64,000 nucleotides of DNA from Monocercomonoides exilis PA203. Lineage: Eukaryota; Protista; Preaxostyla. Positions 1 through 13,899 of the stretch are shown here, one piece after another (the first letter of the stretch is position 1; each line of letters opens with the position of its first letter). The notes under the pieces are model-generated. The model had not been told where the DNA came from. It ran no database searches and worked only from the letters and a program-made list of their open reading frames with translations. A program made the translations under genes and the position numbers. Location of the stretch: assembly GCA_001643675.2 (NCBI GenBank), contig LSRY02000026.1, positions 186,001 to 250,000 of the forward strand, read 5' to 3'.

Positions 1-550
1 TGATGAATAACTTGTTTGTTATTTTAATTACGAATACCGAAAAAATATTTAAAAAAAAAGAAAGAGATTCATTAACAGCAGTTTATCAGCTGAACGCCTC
101 TTCATTCTGCAGCTATATCAGCTGAGCATCAAATCTGTGCTTTATGATGTTCCCTCTTTGGAGCAGCTTCGAAATCGATGTTGTTGGATGCACCTTACAA
201 AAACTTGACACAGAGTGATGCAAAAAGGGAGGATCGATATCTTTTGAGAAGAAAGAATAAGATGGACAGCTGAAGATGAGGAATGAAAGAGCAACGAACA
301 GTATCTACGGAAGCTCTGAATGATGCGACGGAGAAATCAATTAGATGTGTGTTTCTGACAATAATTATAGACATTCCTTGACAGTAAAAAGTGTTTTAAC
401 AAACAAAGAATACAAAAGAAGAAAAATGTTTATTTCAGCGAATGATCTGGGATATGGTGTGAATTTTTATTTGTTTGCGTTTGTTTGACTTTCAAAGGAA
501 AAGGAGGGTTTTTGCATCAAAGCTATCGCAATTCGATAGATGCATTTTTT

Positions 551-715
551 GGCATAGGTCTAAATTGTACCAGTTGCGAATTTCACTGTTTTCAACATAA
601 TTTTGCAATATTATTGATTGTTATAATTTATTATCTCTGTTTTATCTCAAAAATTCAAAAAACAATAGTATTAAATTCTAAAATAAAAAATACAAAAATT
701 TTGATCGATAACCCA
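551..715 (+). repeat. Left terminal inverted repeat of the Merlin element
   Basis: ggcataggtctaaattgtaccag...ttgatcgataaccca is the reverse complement of 8222-8386. Confidence 0.95.
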
Positions 716-1268
716 TAAATTAAAAATTATTGTGATCATACCCATTTTAAAGAAGACAAAATATTTTATTTCAAATTTTTTCATTGATGTGATCGTTTTC
801 ACTAATCAAACCTTCTGAGAATGTGTTTTATATATGTTCTAACGTGTGTATTGTTCTTTTTTTCCTTTTGTTTTTATGGAATTGAAGTTTAGAATAAAGC
901 TAAACAAATATCCAGCGATTACAATATACATAAATTTTGAAATCAGATCAAAGCAAATAGATGAGTTACATTTTGCCACTCGCTCATACAAAATAGCTGG
1001 AAAAATGGAGAGCTTCATTTTTATCGATTTGTGAAATGATGAGTTATTAAGCCATCAGCATGTTTCACCTAGCATCATGAATTATTGGAATAAAACTTCA
1101 TTCGATTTATAACTTCTACGCGAATATTGATGTTCTAAGAATTATGCATTTATTACAACCTTAATCATCAGAACAAGAGACTGGAATGATAAAAAGATAA
1201 ACAACAGATTTTAGAGGCGTATCATTGTAAATTCTTGAACAAAGAATAAATTGGCAGGAAGTCATTGA

Positions 1269-4200
1269 TTGGAGTGGATCTCTTTTGAACAAAAGCTTAT
1301 TGAAATAACTACGAGAGCTTCTTCAGAAAATGAGATATCGTTTTCAATGTGTGTGGTGCAGCTGTCACTGTTGTCGATGGTTGATGTCAAGATCAAAAAT
1401 TTGAATGTTACAAAATCATTGTTCTCTGAGCCGAATCAATCTCTTTCTTCTTCTTCTTCTTCTTCATTGTCGTCATCTGCACTGTATCTGACAGCCACAG
1501 CATCAGGAGATAGCGTGCTGGCAAATGTGAAAGTGACGAATGTGAAGTTGACAGAAGGAGATGGGGTGGTTGTGGCAAAGAGTGTGGCAGAAGGGGAGAC
1601 ATTTGTGGTCAAGAATGTGACAATCGAGGATTGTGAGTGCCAGGCTGGAAGTGGTGGTGGGATCAAGGTCGAGTTGGAATCATCAAGCAAGCTGCGGGTG
1701 GGGACTTCATCAGCTCCAGGAAGTGAAACAACAAAATTCAACAGATGCAATTGCAGTGGAAATGGTGGCGGGATAATGTTGCATCTGGAAGATGGCTCGC
1801 ACGACTTCTTGATCTTGTCTATGGACTTTACAGGCTGCACATCTTCATTGGAAGGGAAATTTCTGTTTGTGAATGGGAAAGATTCTAAGAAACGGTGCAT
1901 CTCCTCTTCAAAGTTTGATGTTCCGCGAAACACATCAGCATTCAACGAGCTGGAGGGATTCGATCGGAGTGATGAAGATATGAAGAAATTCCCGCTGAAT
2001 GTGTTTCTGGACTCACATACTGGTGCATCACATGTGGGCAAAAAGAAAGATGGTGTTCTGGGGAGATACGACTCGTGGTTCTGTGGATTTGATTATTATC
2101 CGTGTTCCACCATCACCCACACTGCGCAGGCGCGATTTTCAGGGGGAAATAAAAATATAGAGTTAGATCCAGAATTCGTGCTTGCTGAAAAGGTTGCCAT
2201 GGCCGATTCCTTTGAATGGGAGATTTCATGTGCCACAAAAGGGACGTCAATCGAAGTGAAGGTGCCAGCCACTTTTGAATCTGCAGAATTCTTGATCGAT
2301 GTGCAAAGCAGATATTCGATTGAAAAGATCAAATTTAGCATTCCATCTGCTTTATCCAGTATTTATGCGATGATTTCGGCGCACTCGCCATCGTTCAATA
2401 TTACAGACTGCTCGGTTGCTCGTTCGCCAGACAGTATTGTTAGCCAATCGATTGGATATAGTATTGTAAATGAGTTTGCGGGGAAACTGAGAATGGAGCA
2501 GTTTTAAATCAGAGAAGGACTGACATTTGATGGGCATTCGTTTGTTGAGTTTGTGGCAGGGGTGAGCGTTGTGTATTTCAAAGGATGCAACATAGCAAAC
2601 GTTAGAAAGATTAACGGAGACGGGGGGCTGATAAAAGGAGCAGTTGGAACACAGTATGGGGAAGGAGAGGGAAAGGTTGGGATTGTTGTGATTGAAACGT
2701 GAACTGTAATAAACTGCAACTACCAAGGGAAACCAGAAGAGATTGGAAAAGGAGGAGGAATATGCGTGAGCTTAGATGGAGACGGAAGTGTTGTTGTGAA
2801 TGGGACGAGCACAATCGATTCATGCGAGGCGAAGAACAATGGAGGAGGAGGAGCCAAAGGAAGAGGCGGAGGAATGATGCTGACAATGGCAAGTCCGAAC
2901 TGCAAGATGGAAATTGCCGAAAATGTTCAGTTTTCATCGACACATTCATCGCTGAACGATGCACAATATGGGAAGGATGTGTTTGTGAGCTGTGGGAGTG
3001 GTGTGTTTTTGGACTCAAAAATAGATGCAACAACATTTGGGTTTTTTGATTCAAGCGAAATACCAACAGATGTGCTGAAGTTGTGCGGGAGATAGGATGG
3101 GAACGGAGAGAAAGTGATTCCGTTGTTTGTGTATTTGTTCACCATCGCATCAAAGTTGACAGTCGATGGGAAAGGAGAGGCGACATTGGATCACGATCAC
3201 TGCCGATTCGAGAAGTTCAGGTGAAAATCGATTAATTGTTGCTTTACCAACAGAGTTGACGACGGGTTGCAGATAGTTGAGCTTTGTTCTGAGTCAGCAA
3301 TACAAAGTGAAATGAAAGTTGCTTCATATGATGTGATTTTGATTGGATAAGCAGCAATATAGGGAGAGAATATGAAAGTTTAGGTGAAGAACAGTGGAGA
3401 TACAAAGTAAATTTTCCTTGTTTAGTGCGCAAAATCATTTGAAATAACTAATTTGGCATTTGAAATGAACAAAGTTGCCAATGGAAGGAGGTCTGCATTT
3501 ATCTATTTCACGTCAACACTCACGATCACAAGCTGTTCCGTCTCGTTTGCAGACGATGGATCAGCCAGCGAAAAGATTGCATGCAACATACTGAACATTG
3601 ATGGACGAACTCTGACCGTCGATGGATTTGTGATGGAAAAAACAGTAACAATGAATAAGGTGTCGCCAATAACAATTTCAAATGGAGTGAAGCTGGAGAT
3701 AAAGAACAGCAGAGTGAGTGGAGTGACGGTGGAAGGTGGGAGCGGAGGAAGAGGATGCATTGGTGCTGCGATAAAAGCAGAAGGAAGCGCAGTTGTGAAT
3801 AACTGCAATATTTCAACAATATGCACGGGTGGAGGTGTGATGAAAGGAGGAGGAATGATGATTTCGGCTGAGAACGGAGGAAGTTTGGAGATTAAAAGCG
3901 TAGCATTCACGGAATGCCAGGTGCCAACAGAGGACAACTTGCAGAAAGGAAGAGGAGTTGGAGGAGGGATATTTGTTCGATTGGGAGATATAATGGGAAC
4001 ATTTGTGCTTGAAGGAGTGACATTCAGCAGGTGCAATGCATGGAAAGGGAAGAAAGTATTTATATCGGGAAATGAGCTGGACGAGGTTATTTCGAACGAA
4101 CAACTGAAATGGGGATTGAGTGCAAGTGAAGAGAAGTCATTGGATGAGCTGTGTGGATGGGAGAGAGCAAGCACAAGGGAAAATGGATATGTGATTCCAT

Positions 4201-6352
4201 TGGTTGTGTATTTGTGGGCAAACTGGAGCGGGAATGAGTTTGTTTCGAAAGAGAAAGGAGGAGACTTCAGTGGGTGTGGGTATTCAGAAGCACCATGCTC
4301 ATCAATTGATTACTTGATATTGCTGAGATATGAACCACTTGGAGAAGGAGAATCACGCATCAAGATTGTTGGATCAGGGTTGCTGAGCCATACCATATCA
4401 TTTTCTCCTTCATTGCCACCAGCTTCACAAGATTCAGAGTTGCCAAAAGTTATGATTAAAGCAACGGAGAAAGGAACTGGTGTGACGGTTACTGATGAAG
4501 ATGAGAATGATCCGAATGATTCAATGATATCATCAAATGTTAATTTGTCACTTGTGAACATGTCATTCACAAAACTAGTCGCGAAAACTAATCATGCAGT
4601 ATTCATTGAATCAAAGAAACAAATGCATTCTTGACAGTCACGGATTGTTCATTTGGATAATTGACAGGGCTGACAGAGGTATTTGGATATCGTGTGATGA
4701 GAGTGAATGGAGGGAGCGCTCTGATTGAGAAATGCTCCTTGAGTTTGATTTCTGAGTTGAAAGGATTCATTGCTTTCAGCCCAAGTGCAGGTGAGGTGAC
4801 TGTTCAGAATGTGAACATTTCATTTGCAGATGTGACAGAAAGAAGCCTGATTTCGATATTTGAGGAAGAATTGGCAAATGAAGTGGGCATTTTATCAGGA
4901 TTGAATGTGATAGAAAACAGTCATCCAAAAAACAGCATGCCATCGCTGAAAGTTAATGGCTGTTCATTTACCAATATCACGAATGAAGGAAATAGGGCAA
5001 GTGTTGTTGATGTGGGATCATTTGAGGATGGAGTGGAGTGTGTGATGGATGAGTGTTCGATGTCGAGTTGCAAGAGTGGTTTGAGTGATGAAGGAGTCGG
5101 GATGAGAGTGGTGCTGAAGAGTGGGGAGTCGGTGTTGAAAGTGAATGGGAGCACGTATTCGACATGCAGATGCTCGAGTGAGACAGGGTGTGGAGGAGGG
5201 CTGTTTATTGATGGGTCAGACCCACATGCGAATTATGGAAATGAGAGTCAGATTCCGCCTCTGAATTTCAAGATTGTGAACATCCTGTTTGTGATGATTG
5301 AGGCACATGTGGGGAAAGACGTGTTTGTCAGATGTCACTCGATTGCTCATCAGATCAACGAAATACTGTTTGCACTGAACTACAATCAGGAGTCACTGAA
5401 CTCGAACAACTCGATCTGTGGGAGGGATGGTTGGAGCGAGGGAGATGTTGATCTGATTCCGCTGATCACATTCTATTATTCAGCACAGGTGTTTGTGAGT
5501 GGGAGAGGGAGTGATGGGAGGGGATGTGGGGCACAGAGCAATCCGTGTGTGAGCATCGACTGTGGGGTTGAGCACATCGAGGAAGGGGTGATGAATGGGA
5601 TTCTGATTTATGGGGAAGGGTTTGTGAGGAAGGAGTGTGTGATTGGAGACCTGGTTGTGAACTCATGGAAAAAGACACAGGGGATTGTTTGGTTGAACTG
5701 CAAGATTGAAAAATTAGCTGAGAAGGACTGTGTGATGGAGTTTGTGAATGAATGTTCAGTGGAGAGGTGCTCATTCCAGTTTGAAGATGGATTTGAGTTG
5801 ACTCACAATTGTCTCATAAAAGTGAAGAATGGTTCAATGGAGATCCAAAAATGTGAATTCTTCTCTTCTTCAACAACAACAGCTGAGGCCTTGAAGTTGA
5901 ACAGTTCAATTGTGAGTGTGGAAAGTGGAGAGCTGAAGATATCGGAGACAACATTCAGGGATATTCATTCAACAAGATCAGTGCTTTCATTTTATGAAGA
6001 ATCGAATGTGACAATTGTTGAAACAAGAATATCGAATATCGAATGTGAGGGAGATGTTGTGAGCATTGGAGGGAAAGCGAAAGTGGAGATGAAAGAGATG
6101 AAAGTTGAGAATGTGACTGTGATATCAAAGGGGTGTGTGATTGGGATAGATAATGCTGAACAAGAGGTGAGTGTGTTGAACAGCTCGTTTGGAAAATGTA
6201 TGAATTCTGTTGATAAGGGAAGCATGATGCAGATTAGAAGATCCAATGATGTGGGGATTTGGAATTGTGCAAAGGATGGAGAAAAAGAAGCAGAAACAGT
6301 CAATGAAAAAGTTGAAAGAAAAAAAGGATTGTACAAATGGAATTGGTTATAG
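1269..6352 (+). pseudogene. Fragmented adhesin-like / right-handed beta-helix surface protein gene (cargo inside the Merlin element)
   Basis: Collinear ORFs 1269-2507, 2766-3095, 3453-4634 and 4661-6352 carry recurring family motifs (GxGGG[IM], GKDVF[VI], 'D.S.CG....PC.[ST]I'). They are broken by in-frame stops and frameshifts. Confidence 0.8.
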
Positions 6353-6604
6353 CCTAATGTTGAGAAGAGCATTGTTCGAATTAATGAATTGTATCATAAA
6401 ATGGGTTTTCATTATTAATGAGAGATTCTTAACGTTGAATGCAAATTCCTCCAAATAAAAGTATATTGATTCCTTCTCAATAGAAATATGTTGATAAGTT
6501 TATTTGAATGATATGAAATAAAAAATGTTTATTGAATACGTTGATGTGAATATGAATACAAATATGACTGAAATAAATCAATTGGACGAACTTGTTATTG
6601 AAAG

Positions 6605-8165
6605 CTACAACAAGATTGGTTTGGTAACAGAACCAGCTGTATTTGTTTTCATTTTGCTTCTAAGTAACCTGGAGTGAAACTGATCTTCCAGGTTCTTCAG
6701 TCTTCTTTCACATTTTTTGTTGAATGTTTTCATTTTCTGATTGATGTAAAATTCTGTGTTTTCATGAAGGGTTTCACTTCCTTTGCTAATAATTTCCATT
6801 TGTTGTTTGAATGTTGTTGTTTTTCGCTTTCGTTTTTTCCTTTCTTCAAAAAAACCATATATGTCTGATAATATTTTTTCATCTCTCTGATCAATGTCTG
6901 TTTCTCTATCTTTTACACCACCTTCACCACCTTCACCACCTTCACCACCTTCACCATCTTCTTCACCATCTTCTTCAACGTTATCAACTACTTCGTTTGA
7001 TATTACGTTTTCTATTTCATTTATGTTTGTTGTTGAATCTCTTTTCTGAATATTTTTTGTTCTTTTTCTTTTCTTTTTCTTTGGCAACGCATCAAAATCA
7101 TCTTCATTGAAGAATGCATACTCTTCTTTTGATTCATGTTCGTTTCTTTTTTTTTCGTATATTTCGTTCATTTTCTGTTTTTCTTTTTTTAACGTTTCAT
7201 TTATTTCTTTTTCACAGTCTTCAAATGTTATGAAGAAGTCTTTTAATTCTTCAACGCTGATTTTAGAAACGTCGTGCGAAAATTGTTTCAGTTTCTTTCC
7301 ATTGTTAAATCTGTGAATGTATTCGTAAATATATTCCTTTTTTTTCGTGAATGACCTTCCTCTTTTTGGAATCCACAGTTTATTGTGCAACCACATGGAT
7401 TATACAGTTTGTAAAAAAAAACATATTTGTTTTCTGGTTTGATAAATTTTTTTGATGATTGACGATTTCAAGTTCACATCATTCTTTTCATATTATTATT
7501 GCATTATAACCGAATGTCCAATAATAGCGTGGCTGATATGACAATATCGGAATAAATTATTCTCATTGATGTTTCTTCTGTTCTGCCTGAAAGAAATTCA
7601 GTTTTCATTTTTCTTTCATTTGTTTCATTTTTCCGTTCTATCGCACATCTCATCCATCACTTTTCTCTTCATTCACTCTTCCTTTTCCATTTTTTCTTTT
7701 TAAAAACAAACGTTTCATCCATTTCAACAATTTTGTTCATTCAAAAATTTTTTCTTTTTTATTCATTTCAATAAAAGCACATATTCTTCTCATTTGTTCA
7801 TTGAAACATATGACAGTTTGTTTTGATGTCATTGTTTCTTCAACCGTTTCATCAGGAAAGTGTTTGCTCCAAAAATGATACAGCAAACACATTATGGTGA
7901 ATGGTGATAATTTTCTTCCACAAAAAATTGTTTCGTTCGTCCAATATTCTTCTAATCCGCATTTCATACATCTATAGGAGTAATTCTTTTTCACTTTTCT
8001 CCATTATTTCAAAATCATTTCATTTTTGCACACTCTGCATCTTACCTTTTCTTTCAAAATCCCAAATGATTTGAATATCTCTAATGCTTTCTCATCACTT
8101 CCCGCTGAATCGATTAAAAATTTTGTGAAAGATGGTAATTCAATATCTGTTGTTTCAACGCTCAT
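6605..8165 (-). pseudogene. Merlin/IS1595-family transposase pseudogene with an acidic C-terminal extension
   Basis: From the ATG at 8165: Zn ribbon CRVC...YRCMKC, 'TIF', 'IVEMDET' (first catalytic D, about 7715-7735), 'VNH', 'QTV*SMW' (catalytic E codon now TAA) and 'YIYEYIHRFN'. Stops at 8004-8006 and 7737-7739, plus frameshifts. Confidence 0.85.
6919..6977. repeat. 9-bp tandem repeat (ccttcacca)n encoding GEG/GGE on the minus strand
   Basis: Directly visible in the sequence. Confidence 0.8.
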
Positions 8166-8221
8166 CAAAGTGTCTTCAAATTATTTTATTAATTTGAATT
8201 TCGAATTTTAATAATTTATTG

Positions 8222-8386
8222 TGGGTTATCGATCAAAATTTTTGTATTTTTTATTTTAGAATTTAATACTATTGTTTTTTGAATTTTTGAGATAAAACAG
8301 AGATAATAAATTATAACAATCAATAATATTGCAAAATTATGTTGAAAACAGTGAAATTCGCAACTGGTACAATTTAGACCTATGCC
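8222..8386 (-). repeat. Right terminal inverted repeat of the Merlin element
   Basis: tgggttatcgatcaa...ctggtacaatttagacctatgcc matches the reverse complement of 551-715 essentially perfectly by eye. Confidence 0.95.
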
Positions 8387-10789
8387 CATTTTTTTTGACT
8401 GATTTGGTGTATTCTGACAATGAAGTATATGATAAAAACAACATGTTTATACCGAGCACTGATTTGAATTCTTCAGTTGTCATTGTAAGGTTAACGTTTG
8501 ATTGGACTGAATGGAAAAGTCCAAATGCTTTCTTTGGGGCAGACGAAGAAAACGAGGGTTCAATTGATTTGGTGCCATTTATTGTGTTCTACAAGTCAGA
8601 GCGGATATTTGTGTCTGGAGAGAAAGGGAAGAACGAAAAGGACTGTGGGCGAAGGGAAGACCCGTGTGAGACGCTGAGCGAGGCTGTGCGGCATCTGAAC
8701 GACGAGCCGTACCAGAACGTGCTGGTGGTGAAGAAGGCAGCTGTTTCAGCAGAGACAGCCATTTCATCAGCGACAGTGCAGATAGTAGGAGGCAGCCCAG
8801 CTGTTTTTGAGTTCAACTGCGAAATCGCTCAGACGGATGGAAGTGCCGATTGTGTGGTGTCTTCGTCTGAGGAGTGCAGCATTTTGGGGATGCACATCGT
8901 CTTCTACCCCAGCTTCGCTTCGGTGCATCGCTCTGTCTTTGGAGTGAGGAGATGAAATCTGATGCTGGGCGACTGCACAATCACGTCAGAAGAGCCGGCG
9001 TAGCTGGCAAATACTGTAATTTGTGTTGAGAGTCATTGTTTGTGTTTGAGCAATGTTTTGTTCTCGGCCATCCGCTTGCAGGCATCAAAACAGCAGCTAT
9101 CAGCAGTTGTATTTTGATCAAAGCAATCTGGACAGTCTTCTTTTGCTTTCTCTTTATTTGTGCCAAAAGTTGACCATTCATTCGTCGAGGCTTTCTCAGA
9201 CTGTGCTGTAATGTGGCCGGATGCATACTTCAAAAAAATTATCACTTCTGATTTTGAAAAAAAATCCCTTCAATCTGCCTATATCATCATCACACAGTAG
9301 AACTTTCTTTTTCAGCCAGAAGAATCGGAGTATAACAAGAAAGCATTCGAAGCATCAGTGACTTGAACACTTTATTTTCCAGGATTTCTAAAGACAAATA
9401 TTGCAATGCATTCAATTCAAAATTACCGGTCAACTGTACAGATATTTCGTTAAATTAGTTTTCAAAAGAAAGCTTTTAAATAATGCAATTAGTGTACTCA
9501 TTTTTGGATTAGAAATTTATCAAATTGATTAAAAAACACAAAGTTATTTCATAATCTTTGCAGTTGCATTTAAAATTGATGAAGCTACAGTTAGTGAAAC
9601 AGCATTAAGCACATAATAATTAACCAATAAGATTTTATTTGTGAGAATGAGAAGATGAAGTTCCAAACCTTAAAAAATGAGACAAAACAAAATCAAAGAA
9701 AGTTAGAAAATTTTTATGGGACAGATAAAAATAAGAAATAGAAAGATTATAACAAAGCATTTTCGACAGAAATAGCAAATTTTAAATTAATTATAGAAGC
9801 ATTTTCTTCCGTGCACGATGAAAGAAATATTTTTAATGGATGGTCCATATACTTGGAACTTGCCAATATGATTATTGTTACAGAAATCTTCTTATAGAAA
9901 TGAGAATGAGAGAAGGGAATAGCATTGGCTGTTTTCATTTATTGAGAAAATATTATTAGGGGAGAGCTTATAAAATGAAGAAATCAAAAATAAAAAAAAT
10001 CCGAAGATATAATTGATTAGTTCTTTGATTAAACAAACGAAATATCATTAGCTAATACTGTTAAAAAAAGAAATTTTGATGAATGAGATTTCAAAGTCAA
10101 AACCTAAGTGATATTAATTAATTGCTCCTTTTTCCACTTTAAACCCTAATTTCGAAACTCAAATGCTTTAAAACACATTTATTATTATAATTTTGTTATT
10201 CCTATCAAAAAGAAATCCAAAAATTTGAATATTTTTGGGTGTCGATCTAATCGACTAATACCATTTTAATTTATTTTTTTATTTTAATTTATTTTTCTTT
10301 TTTTATTTTTCTTTTTTTAAGGAGTGAATGATTATTTTTGTATGAGTATTAATTTTTTGAACTTTATTTGTTTTTTTTATTTTTGAATTTATCAAAAATT
10401 GATTTTTTCTCGTATCCCATAAATTTATTTCAGTTATATTTTTCGAATGAATTGTTCTTTAATAAGATTTGTTATGCATGGATTGTGCGATAATGTGGAT
10501 TTCACTCTTGTACATTTATTTTACAAAAACATATATATGCTATTTATCGCTTCAACAGTTTGAAACTTTTGAAATTCTTTTCATTTTTCATTTTTCGATC
10601 GATTTTTTTAAATATTTCAACGATATTGTTCATTCATATATTTCTGTTATGCAGACGGTTTTTTGTTAACGCTAAGTGCTTCTTCAATTTGAATATTCTT
10701 TGTATTTTCTTAAAGATAAGCTTTTTCAATGTATTTTTCATCTTCTCCTCCGTTTCTATTTCTACCTCCACACCACTGCATTCCTTCTT

Positions 10790-12985
10790 TCTGCTCGTTT
10801 ATGCAACCAACTTCTTTCACCTTATACGATCTTCTTCTAATGCTGCTGTGGTGCATGTTGGAACTGAATCTCAAAGAGCGAAACCTGGTAGATTGTCCTT
10901 TTCTGAATTGAACAGCTATCTCTTCGAATGGTGCGAATGGAATGAATCAAAAAGAGAAAGTGATAAGGGTGGTGCTCTTAAAGTTGTTTGCGAAAATGCC
11001 AATCTCACAATCACTTCTTGTTCATTTCACAATTGTTCAACTTCTGGAGAAGGTGGAGCATTAATATGTGCATATTTGTTGAAAATAAACATTGCAAAAT
11101 CCAATTTCTCAGGTTGTACAGCTGCTCATGGAGGAGCAACTTGCATAGCTTGGCCACAATAAAATTCTGTTTGGTCATTCTCAAAAAACAGAGTTGAAAG
11201 TTGTTCAATATTTGGTAGCGTGGAACATGCTGGTATTTTTCAATAAATGGAATGCCAACAAATGCTTTCTCCCTGTTTGCCAAATGCAAGTGCATCTCAA
11301 ATTCTGGTGGTGATTCTGCTGGTTCTCTCACGTTCAATAATCCTCCAAGCAACAAACCAAATCAATTTTTGGTTAATGATTGCCAACCTATTAACAACAA
11401 ATTGGCAAATTCGTCATCTTCATTAGGAGGTGCTGCAATGTATTACAGAGACACATATTCCTGGATGAATGGAGTAAAATTCATCACTTTCTGCTTCTTC
11501 GATGGAAATACAGCAACAAATGGCAGAGGAAATGATGTATTTTTCAATGGCAGCAGCATCACTCAATCCCCATTCCTGCAATGTGGATCAACAACCCTAT
11601 CGAAAAGAGTGTGGAATGCAGGAACAGCTGGCAACACCGTGTACAACAGCTGGCTCCCTTTCATCAGCACGAATAAAATCGTTGCCAGCAATGGAACTGA
11701 TGCTGATGCCTGTAGCAGACCCCAACAGACCCCATGTGCCACCATCGAGTATGCTCTCAACGGCTTCATTTCCCTCCTCAAAGATGCGTCTCTCACCCTC
11801 CTCTCCTCAACATTTGTTCCAACTCAAACACTCATTTTCAGCGCTGTTGACACTAAAATCACAGGAAATGGCACAACTGCCACCACCATCGCCTCCAGTG
11901 GCATTCCCCAACCACCAAACTCACATTCACACTCATCACAATCAACATCATCATTTTCTTCATTTTCATTATCATCTTCCTCTTCCTCTTCACCAGATCC
12001 ATCTGCCACTTCTGCCCTCTTCCAACAGACTCAGGGCTCCCTCACAGTCTCTGCCCTCGCCATTGCCCACAACTCCACAAATCAAATCACCCCCATCCTC
12101 TTCCACCTCTCCGGTAACTCCCCTTCCCTCAACCTCAACACTACAACCATCAATGGAACAACCTCCATAACAATAAAAACTCCCCTCTTCTTCCTCACTG
12201 CTGGCTCCCTCGCCCTCAACCACACAGCAATCACCAGTCTCACCCTCAACAGCCAAAGCATCTTCCACTTCACCTCCCTCACAAACCCCCTCACTCTCAA
12301 CTCCTCCAACATCACCCATATCACCTCCACAGCATCCCCCACCAGCTGTGTCCTCTCCTCTGCCACCTCCCCTACCCTCTCCCTCTCCCTCGCCAACTGC
12401 ACCATCACCAACATCAACTCAGAACAGTTCAGCCAACAGACTGCCACCAATGGCGGGTGCATCTCATTCGCCTCATCTGCCTCTGCAAACACATTTTCTG
12501 TGAGTGATTCCACCTTCTCCAGCTGCTCTGTGAGCGAGGATACAAGTTCTGGAGGAAGAGGCGGTGCTCTCATGATCGAGTACAAGGATGATTCGCAAGT
12601 GTCATCCACAACCTTTGCCATCACCAATATCGTGTTTTCAGCCAATAAGGCCAGTGTCGGAAGAGATGTGTATTTTGTGTGTGAATCATTTGTCGCTTCT
12701 GTGAAGGAACCCTTGTTCGCCTTCATGAGAAGCATCACTCAGAAAGACAATTCGGCTGTTGGACATGACAGAACAGAAGCATTCGGTGATTGGAATGTCG
12801 ATTTGTTTATATTTCTCAACACGCATACAGCTGACAATGAATGCGTCAAAAACATTCTTGACATCAAAACAATGAATTGTTGGACATCAAAGATGCCCTG
12901 CAAGAGCACACGCAACGCGATGGGTTTTCTGAAGAAGGTGCAGATCATAAGACAGAAATCATTTCATGAGCTGACTTGTCGGTGA
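10790..12985 (+). pseudogene. Adhesin-like beta-helix protein gene, disrupted
   Basis: ORFs 10560-11162 and 11252-12985 have GGA repeats, 'GTDADACSRPQQTPCATIEYAL', 'GGRGGAL' and 'GRDVYF'. In-frame TAA at 11160 and a truncated 3' end. Confidence 0.75.
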
Positions 12986-13899
12986 AAATATGTGCAAATG
13001 AAGGCAAAGTCGAAGATATTTGAAGAGAAGGCACACAAAATAGAAGAAAACATCTCATATGTGCATTTGATTGATTAATCACCATATATCTTCTGTAAAT
13101 TCTGTTGTTTCATAGAATTTTCCATTAAATATGCCTTTTCAAATAAATAAGGTTCCCTCATCGTTTCACCTTCTCCGACATGTTGAAGGCGTGTGACGTT
13201 GTGTAACCTGCCGAACACTATTTTTGAACTCATTCATTTCATAAAAGAATTGCTCTAATACTCTTTCTTTTTTATCTGCGCCTCTTTCAGCTTCCAAATA
13301 AAAAAAGGCAAAATCGTCCTCCTTTTTTGATTTCGCGCAGACTGATCAGCTTTTTTCAACTCGAAATCACCTCTATTGCTATTTAAATTTGCTTCATTTT
13401 GTAATAGAATGAAAATACGTTTTGTGCTTCCGAAAAGAAAATAAAAGATGGTGCCTGGCTCTGAATTCGATAAAAGTTGAATGATATGAAATAATTTTTT
13501 GCTAACTTTGTGACTCTGCTGAATTGAACAAAATAAACATTTGACAAAGTCGATGCTCCGATCCAATGCCAAATAAGAAGAAACATAAAAGAAGAAGTTG
13601 AAAAAGTGGTTGGAGAGGGCGTTGATGGCAATGATGACGAGGATAAAGAGGGATATTCTGCTTTTAATAAAGTTTATTGCTGAAATGAAGTGGATGTGAC
13701 TGAATATATTGATGATGAAGAGGAGACGGTGGTGATAAAAGGCTCGTTGAAAGTGAAAAGTTGAATGAGAAGAGTCTCAAACAAAGATGAAATATCATGC
13801 AGATAAATTGATATTTTCTTTTCTCTTCCTTTTTTTCGATTTTCTCATGCTCTTTCTTCTTCTTCTTTTTCTTGTCTTTCAGCTTGCCTCTTCCAGCTC

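Larger units (their letters stand above)
551..8386 (-). mobile_element. Merlin (IS1595/IS1016-like) DNA transposon, non-autonomous, carrying host-gene cargo
   Basis: 165-bp inverted repeats at 551-715 and 8222-8386 begin GGCATAGG. The 8-bp direct repeat CATTTTTT flanks both ends (543-550, 8387-8394). A decayed IS1595-type transposase lies inside. GG termini with an 8-bp TSD fit Merlin. Confidence 0.9.
485..8955 (+). pseudogene. Adhesin-like gene fragment interrupted by the Merlin insertion (pieces about 485-550 and 8395-8955)
   Basis: Removing the element and one TSD joins ...KGKGGFLHQSYRNSIDAFF to LTDLVYSDNEVYDKNNMFI... in frame. The downstream part has 'IFVSGEKGKNEKDCGRREDPCETL', the family motif. 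Confidence 0.75.

Noticed and set aside
8329-8394. N-terminus of ORF 8329-8955
   Set aside because: It is read-through from the Merlin right TIR and TSD, not a real gene start.
10141-10149. Telomere-like AAACCCTAA
   Set aside because: A single unit, expected by chance in AT-rich DNA.
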